Made by a program: the position numbers and the translations under genes | The notes under the pieces: model-generated | The model's database searches: none | Told to the model about the DNA's origin: nothing | The model's input: the letters and a program-made list of their open reading frames with translations, nothing else | In this document: positions 48,137-55,988 of the stretch, piece by piece | How positions within the stretch are numbered: the first letter of the stretch is position 1 | Layout of the letters: every line of letters begins with the position of its first letter | From: an uncultured Candidatus Saccharibacteria bacterium | Lineage (GTDB): Bacteria > Patescibacteriota > Doudnabacteria > UBA920 | Assembly (NCBI GenBank): GCA_964473815.1 | Contig: CAYYQK010000001.1 | Coordinates: forward strand, 243,845-307,844 | Direction of reading: 5' to 3' | DNA: 64,000 bases

Positions 48137-48748
48137 TTATTCCAAGTTGCGGATTACTCCCACAACTTTTCCCTGCACCATCCATTCCTCTTTTGGATAG
48201 ATGTTTTGGTAATCAGGGTTTTCGGCCTTTAAGTATGCACGATTTTTAATTTGTACAAATCTTTTTACCGTTGCCTCGTCGTGCAAGAGCGCAACTACGA
48301 TATCATTATTTTTTGCCTCGCGGGTTGGACGAACAATTACTAAGTCCCCTTCGTGAATGCCAGCATTGATCATACTATCTCCCCTAACTTTCAAAAGGAA
48401 CACATCGCGGCGGCCCTTTACCAAAGTTTGCGGCAAGTTTACCCATTCTTCGATAAACTCTTCTGCTAAGTGAGGTGAACCGGCTTGAATAGAGCCTAGC
48501 AAAGGCACGCGAATCAAACCTTTTTGAATGCTGTCGGTCAAACTATTTAGAACTGTAATTCCTCGGGCTTTGCCATTGGTTTTAATATAGCCTTCATCTT
48601 CCAAAGCATTAACCAACTTTGCCACTGCGTTCTTAGACTTCACTTCTAGATACTCAGCCATTTCGGACATCGACGGTGGCATATTCTTTTCGCGGATTTC
48701 GCGAACTATGAACTTGAGGAGTTCTCTTTGTCGATCTGTAATACTCAT
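48137..48748 (-). CDS. lexA: SOS repressor LexA
   Basis: N-terminal wHTH, Ala-Gly cleavage site (QAGSP), GDSM serine, TVKR lysine. Confidence 0.95.
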   Translation of the reverse strand: MSITDRQRELLKFIVREIREKNMPPSMSEMAEYLEVKSKNAVAKLVNALEDEGYIKTNGKARGITVLNSLTDSIQKGLIRVPLLGSIQAGSPHLAEEFIEEWVNLPQTLVKGRRDVFLLKVRGDSMINAGIHEGDLVIVRPTREAKNNDIVVALLHDEATVKRFVQIKNRAYLKAENPDYQNIYPKEEWMVQGKVVGVIRNLE

Positions 48749-48832
48749 ATACCCATAGTATACAATCGTTCACCCTCTGTCAAATATTGAAAAACCGTAC
48801 ATTTTTGTACGGCTTTAGAAGTTATCCACAAA

Positions 48833-49066
48833 TTATTGTCCCAGTAAAAGTTTGATTATAGACACCAGCACATTAACTACCTGCTTAATGATGGGTACCG
48901 ATGCAGGCAGTAGAACAATCAAAAGAATTAACCAAATAAAATTCTTTTTAAGAACCTGGAATATTGAATAAATTAAAAACGCCGCTACAATAATCGAAAT
49001 AACAGGATGCAATATCGGAGGGAAATAATTTAAGAATTGATTGTACAAACTCGTTAAGTTGTCCAT
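48833..49066 (-). CDS. small membrane protein
   Basis: Hydrophobic 77-aa ORF. Confidence 0.65.
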   Translation of the reverse strand: MDNLTSLYNQFLNYFPPILHPVISIIVAAFLIYSIFQVLKKNFIWLILLIVLLPASVPIIKQVVNVLVSIIKLLLGQ

Positions 49067-49086
49067 GCTTTTGTTTTGGTTGTCCC

Positions 49087-49674
49087 CTATTTTTTAAGTG
49101 GCTTTTTGGTTTTGTTTATTTTGTCTACGACAACTAAATGTGGGTAATCAAACACATCTTTAATGAAGCGATCAAAAGTGTTGTTGCGAATTCGAAATTC
49201 TTCTTCAGACATAACACTGTAATTTGGATCAAAGCCCAACATGGTTTTGCATTGTTTAAAGAATGTGTCGAGCTTAGACAAATTAACTTTACCTACGATT
49301 AGCAAATCTACGGGGAGCTGTGGTTGTCCTGTGAAAGCTCCAGACAAAAATGCAGCTTTTACATCACCCAGTTTGGAAATTGCGGCAAACAGTTCGTCTT
49401 CGTACGGTTTTTGATTACGTACAAGCGAGGCCTGAATTTGCGGCAACAATTTATGCTTACTGTTCACTATATATAAACGAGAATTGCCGCGGGTGAACTG
49501 CTTGACCATGCTGTCATGCATAAATTCTTTGAGCAGGCCGGACATAACGCGGTCGGAAATTTTTAATCGTTTGGAAAGTTCTTTGGCAGAATATGCGCGG
49601 GGCGGAGCGAGTAACAAAAAGGCTAATAATTCGGATCCGTATTTGGAATCCAAGATCTCGGCGTGTGTCATCAT
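49087..49674 (-). CDS. winged-helix plus nucleotidyltransferase-like domain protein
   Basis: N-terminal HTH, LSGAF..VDLLIVG motif. Confidence 0.75.
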   Translation of the reverse strand: MMTHAEILDSKYGSELLAFLLLAPPRAYSAKELSKRLKISDRVMSGLLKEFMHDSMVKQFTRGNSRLYIVNSKHKLLPQIQASLVRNQKPYEDELFAAISKLGDVKAAFLSGAFTGQPQLPVDLLIVGKVNLSKLDTFFKQCKTMLGFDPNYSVMSEEEFRIRNNTFDRFIKDVFDYPHLVVVDKINKTKKPLKK

Positions 49675-49718
49675 ATTCTTAGTATATCACACCCAAAAAG
49701 TGTTATAATGCTGATATC

Positions 49719-51728
49719 ATGGCGGAATTAGAAACACAAGTCGTAAAAATCCAGCTCGGGGACGCCAAACAGGCCACGAGCTATGTTTATACGTTAGCCG
49801 AGACCGTAGAAAGCTCCCAGGCTGAGCTTTATATGATTTGTGAATTACCGTTGTTTAATCCGGCTGCGGCCCAAGAATGTGAACGCATTGCTCAGGCGAT
49901 TGCCGCTTCGCTACGTAGGTCCTACAGGCGCCCAGCAACTGTTAATACTTTTGAAAACGCGCTGACCGTTATCAATGAAGAGTTGGGCAAGCTACAAAAC
50001 TTAGGAAAAACTCACTGGTTGGGAAAGCTGAATTCGGTTATTTGCGTGAAGACAAAAACTCGGTTGTCTGTGACGTCTGTTGGAAAAATTACTGCACTGC
50101 TGCAACGCGATGGCGGTTTTGCACCAATTGCCGAAGGCTCAACACCTCATCATCCATTAAAAACTTTTGAAAACTTCTCCGAAGGTAAAATTCGCTTGGG
50201 AGATTTAATTGTGCTTTCGACTTCGCAGTTATTTAACCATATTTCTATTGATCGCTTTAAAAATATTTTGAAGCGCAATGACTTGCCTGATGCAGCACAA
50301 GAAATTATTGGCACCTTGCAAGATGCAATGGGACCCGAAGGAGCCTGTGGTGCTATTTTTGCATTACAAGTTGAAGCTGGTAGTTTAGAACCGGAAGATC
50401 AAACTGATTTAGGTGCTTATATGGCAGCACCAAAAGTTATCTCCCGAAGTCAGAGTGCGGATTGGATTGAACGCATGAAAGCAATGGGTTCGACTGCAGC
50501 AACGATTGGTAAAAATGCTGGCAACAGTTTTAAGCAAAAAATTAAAACAACTCGACCGAACTTAAAAGACATTGTTAAACGTCAGGACGGGGCGCTGCAA
50601 GTTGTGCAAAGTCAGTTTAAAAAAGTCGGCAAGAATTTCCAACCCGAAGTAATTAAAGGTTACAGCAAACAAAAGAAAATTTTCTTAATCGCTGCCGCGA
50701 TTCTGCTAGTTGCAGTTGTCGCCAATGTTGGCATTGCCAAATATTTTAACAGCCGCACTAAGACACAGGAAGTTGCTGCGGATAAAATTACTGGCATGGA
50801 AAAAACTTTAAGCGATGCTAATTCGGCCCTGCTTTACGGTGATGAAAATCAAGCCAAACGTTTATTGGCTGATGTTCAAGGACAGTTAAATGGTTTGGGC
50901 ACAATTCCTGACTCACAAAAAGACAAAATCAATTCTTTGCGTTCGCAGGCCGACGACCTAGACAAGAAGCTAAATAAAATTAACCAGGCTAAAGTTGATA
51001 CTCTTGCCACTTTGAGTAACTCTGATAATTTGATCGTTGTGCCTGGGTATTTTGCAACCGAGAGTAATCATACGATTGTGAGTTACAATCGTTCAACCAA
51101 GCAGACCAAAGACGACGCTCTCCACACCACTGGCGGCATTGCCATGAGTTCGTTTAATAAGGGTTCACAGGTTTTGGTTTACAATGATGGCAAATTACAG
51201 CTGTGGGACTTCAAAGTTGGCATTATGATAGGTGGTTTTTCAGATAGCGTTCCTAACGAAGATAGCGCTCGTGGTTTAACCGCTTACAACGGCAAAGCTT
51301 ACCTTCTCGACCGAGGTGGTCATAAAATAATGAAATATTCAGTTTCTGATACTGGTTTTAGCTCGCCTACGGCTTCAATAGAAAACGCTGATGACTTGGG
51401 CAATGCTTCGGATATAGCCATCGACAGCAATATTTATGTTGCCACTAACGGTACAATTTTGAAATACACGTCTGGTGCTAAACAAGACTTTAATTCTGGC
51501 CTCAGCGGTCTGGGCGACAAAACCCGTCTTTACACAGAAAGCGGTTTTACTAATTTGTATGTGCTTGATCCTGCAAACAAGAAAATTATTATAGTAGATA
51601 AAAAAGGAAGTGTTTCCCAAACTCTCACCAGCGACCAGTTTAGCGACTTAAAAGATTTCTACGTTGATGAAAAAGGCAAAGCCGCTTACGTACTCAACGG
51701 AAATCAATTATTGAAAGTTAGTTTCTAG
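49719..51728 (+). CDS. membrane protein: PP2C-like N-domain, TM, beta-propeller C-domain
   Basis: GDLIVLSTSQL PP2C-like strand, central TM, NHL-like repeats (IAIDSNIYV, LYVLD). Confidence 0.7.
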   Translation: MAELETQVVKIQLGDAKQATSYVYTLAETVESSQAELYMICELPLFNPAAAQECERIAQAIAASLRRSYRRPATVNTFENALTVINEELGKLQNLGKTHWLGKLNSVICVKTKTRLSVTSVGKITALLQRDGGFAPIAEGSTPHHPLKTFENFSEGKIRLGDLIVLSTSQLFNHISIDRFKNILKRNDLPDAAQEIIGTLQDAMGPEGACGAIFALQVEAGSLEPEDQTDLGAYMAAPKVISRSQSADWIERMKAMGSTAATIGKNAGNSFKQKIKTTRPNLKDIVKRQDGALQVVQSQFKKVGKNFQPEVIKGYSKQKKIFLIAAAILLVAVVANVGIAKYFNSRTKTQEVAADKITGMEKTLSDANSALLYGDENQAKRLLADVQGQLNGLGTIPDSQKDKINSLRSQADDLDKKLNKINQAKVDTLATLSNSDNLIVVPGYFATESNHTIVSYNRSTKQTKDDALHTTGGIAMSSFNKGSQVLVYNDGKLQLWDFKVGIMIGGFSDSVPNEDSARGLTAYNGKAYLLDRGGHKIMKYSVSDTGFSSPTASIENADDLGNASDIAIDSNIYVATNGTILKYTSGAKQDFNSGLSGLGDKTRLYTESGFTNLYVLDPANKKIIIVDKKGSVSQTLTSDQFSDLKDFYVDEKGKAAYVLNGNQLLKVSF

Positions 51729-51778
51729 CCTAAAATCAAAAAGACTCCCAAATGGGAGTCTTTTTAAAAAAAGTAAAG

Positions 51779-52186
51779 TTACTTAAGGGTTACAGTACCA
51801 CCAGCTTCTTCAAGTTGCTTCTTTAAAGCTTCAGCGTCAGCTTTGTTAACGCCTTCCTTGATAGCTTTTGGTGCACCGTCTACGATGTCCTTAGCTTCTT
51901 TTAGACCAAGACCGGTTACTTCGCGAACAACTTTAATTACATTGATCTTGTTGTCACCAGCTGCAGTCAATTCTACAGTGAATTCATCTTTTTCTTCAGC
52001 GCCACCAGCGGCTGCGCCGCCAGCTGCAGGTGCACCCATCATCATAGGAGCTGCTGCGCTAACACCGAATTTATCTTCTAAAACTTTTACCAATTCAGAA
52101 AGTTCCAATACAGAAAGTTTTTCAATTGAGCTAACTAAGTCAGCGAACTTTGCTGGAACTTCTACTGGAGTATTTTCATCTGCCAT
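51779..52186 (-). CDS. rplL: 50S ribosomal protein L7/L12
   Basis: [24 protein letters not shown]; ATG at 52186. Confidence 0.98.
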   Translation of the reverse strand: MADENTPVEVPAKFADLVSSIEKLSVLELSELVKVLEDKFGVSAAAPMMMGAPAAGGAAAGGAEEKDEFTVELTAAGDNKINVIKVVREVTGLGLKEAKDIVDGAPKAIKEGVNKADAEALKKQLEEAGGTVTLK

Positions 52187-52207
52187 GTTAAGTCCTTTCA
52201 AAATTAA

Positions 52208-52723
52208 TTAATTTTTTTGTGCGACCGCGTTTAATACATTGATCAAACCACGGAGGTTGCCAGCCATAACATTAACGAAGCCAGATACTGGAGCGTTAAT
52301 GGTGCCGACCAATTTCGCACGAAGTTCATCTTTACTAGGAAGATCAGCCAAAGCCATCATTTGTTCTTTAGTAGCAAAGCTACCATCGAGAACTCCGGAA
52401 AGGATGCCGACGGTTTTAACTTCTTTACCAAAAGTTTTAACAATGCGGGCTGGAGCGACTTCATCATCAGAGAAAGAAACGATTACTGGAACTTTGTAGT
52501 CTAAGTCCCCTGTTTCGATACCGGCTTCTGCGTATGCTTTTTTGATTAAAGGAATTTTATAAACTTTCGTTTGGATTCCTTCAGCTAAAAGAGCACGGCG
52601 GAACTTGTCAATATCTTTCACGGTTGTACCGCGATACTCAGAGAGTACTACTGACTTGGCATCTTTTAGACGCGCAGTTAGTTCTTGGTAGTCGACTTCT
52701 TTTTGTGAACGTGTTTTTGCCAT
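52208..52723 (-). CDS. rplJ: 50S ribosomal protein L10
   Basis: EYRG, LADLPSKDELRAKLVG; precedes rplL. Confidence 0.97.
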   Translation of the reverse strand: MAKTRSQKEVDYQELTARLKDAKSVVLSEYRGTTVKDIDKFRRALLAEGIQTKVYKIPLIKKAYAEAGIETGDLDYKVPVIVSFSDDEVAPARIVKTFGKEVKTVGILSGVLDGSFATKEQMMALADLPSKDELRAKLVGTINAPVSGFVNVMAGNLRGLINVLNAVAQKN

Positions 52724-52804
52724 ATTTGTATGATTGTGTTCTTTGTGCGTTTCGCGCTTGGAGCGCGAGCTCGACCTTTACTAATGGCTACTATCCGTGA
52801 GAAT

Positions 52805-52945
52805 AAAAAATCTCGGCTTTTGGCCGAGTTACAAAATAAATATTCTGAATAGATCAGGATAAATCTGTATGTCCTCGGCGGGTCGCTATTTCTAGCATTT
52901 AAGGCTGTTTTCTTTCGAAATTAGCCACCAACTGTCTTGGGATAT
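52805..52945 (-). promoter_or_regulatory. L10 leader with attenuator hairpin
   Basis: CCCAAGACAGTTGGTGG..CTTAAA..CCCGCCGAGG resembles the L10 leader core; CTCGGC/GCCGAG hairpin plus T-run; TTGACA-17-TATAAT promoter at 52986-52958. Confidence 0.75.
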
Positions 52946-53042
52946 GTAGTTGTGTAAATTATAGAGATATTGACAAAAAATGTCAAATATGTTAAATTAG
53001 CCTCACAAAAATCGAAAATCAACAAGGAAAAGGAGGCCTTAT

Positions 53043-53312
53043 ATGATCAAGATTGTTCTATATCTCGGCTATAAGGCCGCGGACTCTAAGTACAATTATT
53101 ACCGTCAGGTTGAACGGGTTGGAATATACCTAGATACAACCGAGGGAAATTTTGTAGAATTGACCAAGTCGGTTGACGGCTGGGTCAAAAAAGTTGTTCT
53201 GAGCGAGTCTCAGAACACGAAATACATCTACGTCCAAACTGCAACAGAGGATGATTACAATACTGTGATTAACTCAGACAGCAGATGGGAATTAGTGGAT
53301 AACCCGGTTTGA
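53043..53312 (+). CDS. hypothetical protein
   Basis: AAGGAGG SD, TTGACA-17-TAAATT promoter. Confidence 0.65.
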   Translation: MIKIVLYLGYKAADSKYNYYRQVERVGIYLDTTEGNFVELTKSVDGWVKKVVLSESQNTKYIYVQTATEDDYNTVINSDSRWELVDNPV

Positions 53313-53339
53313 AGAACAAGCAAAGCGAAAGCGCGTCGA

Positions 53340-54461
53340 TTAGTCGACGCGTTTTTCATTTACCTGATCCGTTACAATTCTCATAATATAACCCATGTCT
53401 TCGCCGCGGAATTGATCATGTACGTCTTTACGCAAATGGTCAAAACGAATTTGCTTGTCATCCTCATTCTTTTCACGCTGGATATCCATAAGACGATTTG
53501 ACCACCCCTCGTCTCCACGAATATATTTCAAAGTTAAATTGTAACGAATCTTTGTAAAAATCATGTAGTTTTTTCTGTACATCTCTGCAGCCTTTGGATT
53601 TGATTCTTTAAAGATTTTTGCAAACTGATAAGCCTGTCTTTCAAGTTGATAAATCATCCGATACCATAAATGACTTTTGGTAAGTTTTGTTTTTTCTAAT
53701 AGCTCAGTTTTTTCTTTAGTACTCGCTACTGGTTTAAAATTATCACGCCAATTCTTCCACCCTTCCATCAATTGCATCATTTCATTTGGGTGAGCATTAA
53801 TAATATAGCGTGGAATACTCACTTCTCCATTTACTGGTAAACGAGCATCGGTAATTCCATCGGCTGATTCACGAAAATACTTTGCCTTAGCAAGTGGATA
53901 TTTTCGAAAAATGCGGTATAGGTCTGCGAACTTTTTCGCAAAGCTGTCTTTACTAATAGTTACATCTATTCCAACTGAAAAATCCCCAATCTCCGACCCA
54001 GGCTGCTTCATGCCAGAAAATTCCAAAAATATGTCCATTTTATTCATAATGTCATCGTAATCACTGGCGGACTGAGCCTTCACCTCACCTCTTCGCATAC
54101 CTAAACCACGCGACAAAATAGTGTGGTCGGAGCAAATTGCTTCAAATTCTTTTGCTAAAATATTTAATTTATCTCGCAAATCATCTTGCTCTTCAGTAAG
54201 CTCTGATTCTCTGATCGCGCGTTCAAAAATGGCTTTGTGACTTTCCACTACTTCTAAATCTTCTGCGATTTCTTCTTTTGGATAAATATCTTCAAATTCT
54301 TCTTCATCAATTTGGTTTTTATCGATGTTTGGCTGGATATATTTATCAAAAAATTCCTCTAATTCTTCCAGAGGCTTGAGGTCGACTTCAGTTTTGGGTT
54401 TATCTTTCGGTTTTAAAAAATTTCCATTAAAACCACTTTCGGGGTTGTAAGTTCTGCTCAT
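53340..54461 (-). CDS. hypothetical protein (YDD..D..IDVT motif)
   Basis: 373-aa ORF coupled to the upstream gene. Confidence 0.7.
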   Translation of the reverse strand: MSRTYNPESGFNGNFLKPKDKPKTEVDLKPLEELEEFFDKYIQPNIDKNQIDEEEFEDIYPKEEIAEDLEVVESHKAIFERAIRESELTEEQDDLRDKLNILAKEFEAICSDHTILSRGLGMRRGEVKAQSASDYDDIMNKMDIFLEFSGMKQPGSEIGDFSVGIDVTISKDSFAKKFADLYRIFRKYPLAKAKYFRESADGITDARLPVNGEVSIPRYIINAHPNEMMQLMEGWKNWRDNFKPVASTKEKTELLEKTKLTKSHLWYRMIYQLERQAYQFAKIFKESNPKAAEMYRKNYMIFTKIRYNLTLKYIRGDEGWSNRLMDIQREKNEDDKQIRFDHLRKDVHDQFRGEDMGYIMRIVTDQVNEKRVD

Positions 54462-55036
54462 TATCCTTTTAAAAATTTGGGTATGTAATTAATCATAGCA
54501 ACGAATTCGCGGAAATAATAGTAACGCAGCTCTTTGTGCGAGTAGTAACCAGTACTCGGCGCAGCCCAGTAAACTTTCTTAAAGCCCACACTCTTAGCCA
54601 TTACCACAGCGCGTGCCAAATGAAACGCATCGCTAACAATAATTACCGAGTCTGAGTTTTGTACTTTGTCACGCGAATTTTTGATGTTCTCATATGTATT
54701 ATGCGACTGATCCTCCAAAATGTAATTAACTTTCTCATTCGTATTTTTCTTAATCACCTTCTCCATAAACTTCGCTTCGGAAATATCAGGGTCTGCAATT
54801 TTCCCACCAGAAAAAACTATTTGATCAGCTTTACCGGCTTGATACAACTCCAAAGCTTTCTCTGTTCTATTAACTAACGCTGGCGTATTAATGGCTGCAC
54901 CCAAAACAATAATGCTATCAGCATGTTCAATCTTCGGATGCCAATGCGCCATCCCCCACACCAAACCAGCGTCTGTTACTAAAAACAGCGCAACAAGTGC
55001 AAAAAATACAATTAAAATTTTCTTAAAAATTTTCAC
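54461..55036 (-). CDS. YdcF/DUF218 (ElyC/SanA-like) protein
   Basis: IVLGA, FSGG, SEA, EDQSHNTYEN, VSDAFHLARA, RE. Confidence 0.9.
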   Translation of the reverse strand: MKIFKKILIVFFALVALFLVTDAGLVWGMAHWHPKIEHADSIIVLGAAINTPALVNRTEKALELYQAGKADQIVFSGGKIADPDISEAKFMEKVIKKNTNEKVNYILEDQSHNTYENIKNSRDKVQNSDSVIIVSDAFHLARAVVMAKSVGFKKVYWAAPSTGYYSHKELRYYYFREFVAMINYIPKFLKG

Positions 55037-55049
55037 CGATTTAAAAATT

Positions 55050-55373
55050 TTACTTTGAGGTAGGGAAGTAGTGATACCGAAATTTTTCTATGTCGATCTT
55101 CATGTCTTCACCCACTTCGATCCCCTCATCTTCCAAAAATTTTTTTTGAGCTAGGGGAGTGGACATTATATTTCCTTTGATGCTGATGTAACCAGCATTG
55201 TTTATCACCCGCCACCACGGTACCACATTATTGCCATCTAAGGTATGAAGCATCCAGCCAACCTGTCTAGCAGCGCGCGGACTCCCACAAGCTGCAGCCA
55301 CTTGGCCATAACTAACAACCCGTCCACGCGGCACTTCATTTACGACCGCTATCACCTTTTCCTTGAAATTCAT
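55050..55373 (-). CDS. alkyltransferase-like protein (ATL, MGMT family)
   Basis: GRVVSYGQVA, ARQVG, PWWRV (Trp replaces catalytic Cys). Confidence 0.9.
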   Translation of the reverse strand: MNFKEKVIAVVNEVPRGRVVSYGQVAAACGSPRAARQVGWMLHTLDGNNVVPWWRVINNAGYISIKGNIMSTPLAQKKFLEDEGIEVGEDMKIDIEKFRYHYFPTSK

Positions 55374-55416
55374 ACGGGTTTATTATACAATATGTTCAGC
55401 AATTAACAGAAATTCT

Positions 55417-55938
55417 ATGAGTTTAAAAGATGTTCCTTTTGGCAGTGCTGATAAATTTAATGTTATCATCGAAATTTCCCAGGGCAGCCACGATAAATAC
55501 GAGTACGATGAAAAACTGGACGTTATAAAACTAGACCGCGTGCTGTTTTCGTCTATGCGCTATCCTTACAACTATGGCTTCATTCCTGAAACCCGAGCTG
55601 ATGATGGTGATCATACCGACGTGGTGTTGTTTTCCACTAACCCAATTATTCCCGGCGCAGTTGTTGAAGCTCGTGCCATTGGTTTTATGAACATGGAAGA
55701 TGCCGGCGAAATTGATAACAAAATCTTGGCAGTACCTACCGAAGATCCACGGTTTAATAGCGTTAAGTCTTTAACTGATATGTCTGAACACTCTCCTAAA
55801 GAAATCAAAAACTTTTTTGAAACTTACAAGCTACTAGAAAACAAAGAAGTAAAAGTTGGTGAATTTGAAGATGCTGCGAAAGCACAAAGTTATATCGAAC
55901 AAACGCGAAAGGTTTACGAAGCAGAACATTCAGCTTAA
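55417..55938 (+). CDS. ppa: inorganic pyrophosphatase (family I)
   Basis: KYEYD..LDR..YPYNYGFIP..DDGDHTD; ATG at 55417. Confidence 0.96.
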   Translation: MSLKDVPFGSADKFNVIIEISQGSHDKYEYDEKLDVIKLDRVLFSSMRYPYNYGFIPETRADDGDHTDVVLFSTNPIIPGAVVEARAIGFMNMEDAGEIDNKILAVPTEDPRFNSVKSLTDMSEHSPKEIKNFFETYKLLENKEVKVGEFEDAAKAQSYIEQTRKVYEAEHSA

Positions 55939-55988
55939 AAAGTTAAACCGCTTCTCAATATGAGAAGCGGTTTTTTATTAGCAATATT

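Noticed and set aside
49087-49674. MNT-HEPN toxin-antitoxin pair
   Set aside because: No adjacent HEPN gene; the neighbour is a small membrane protein.
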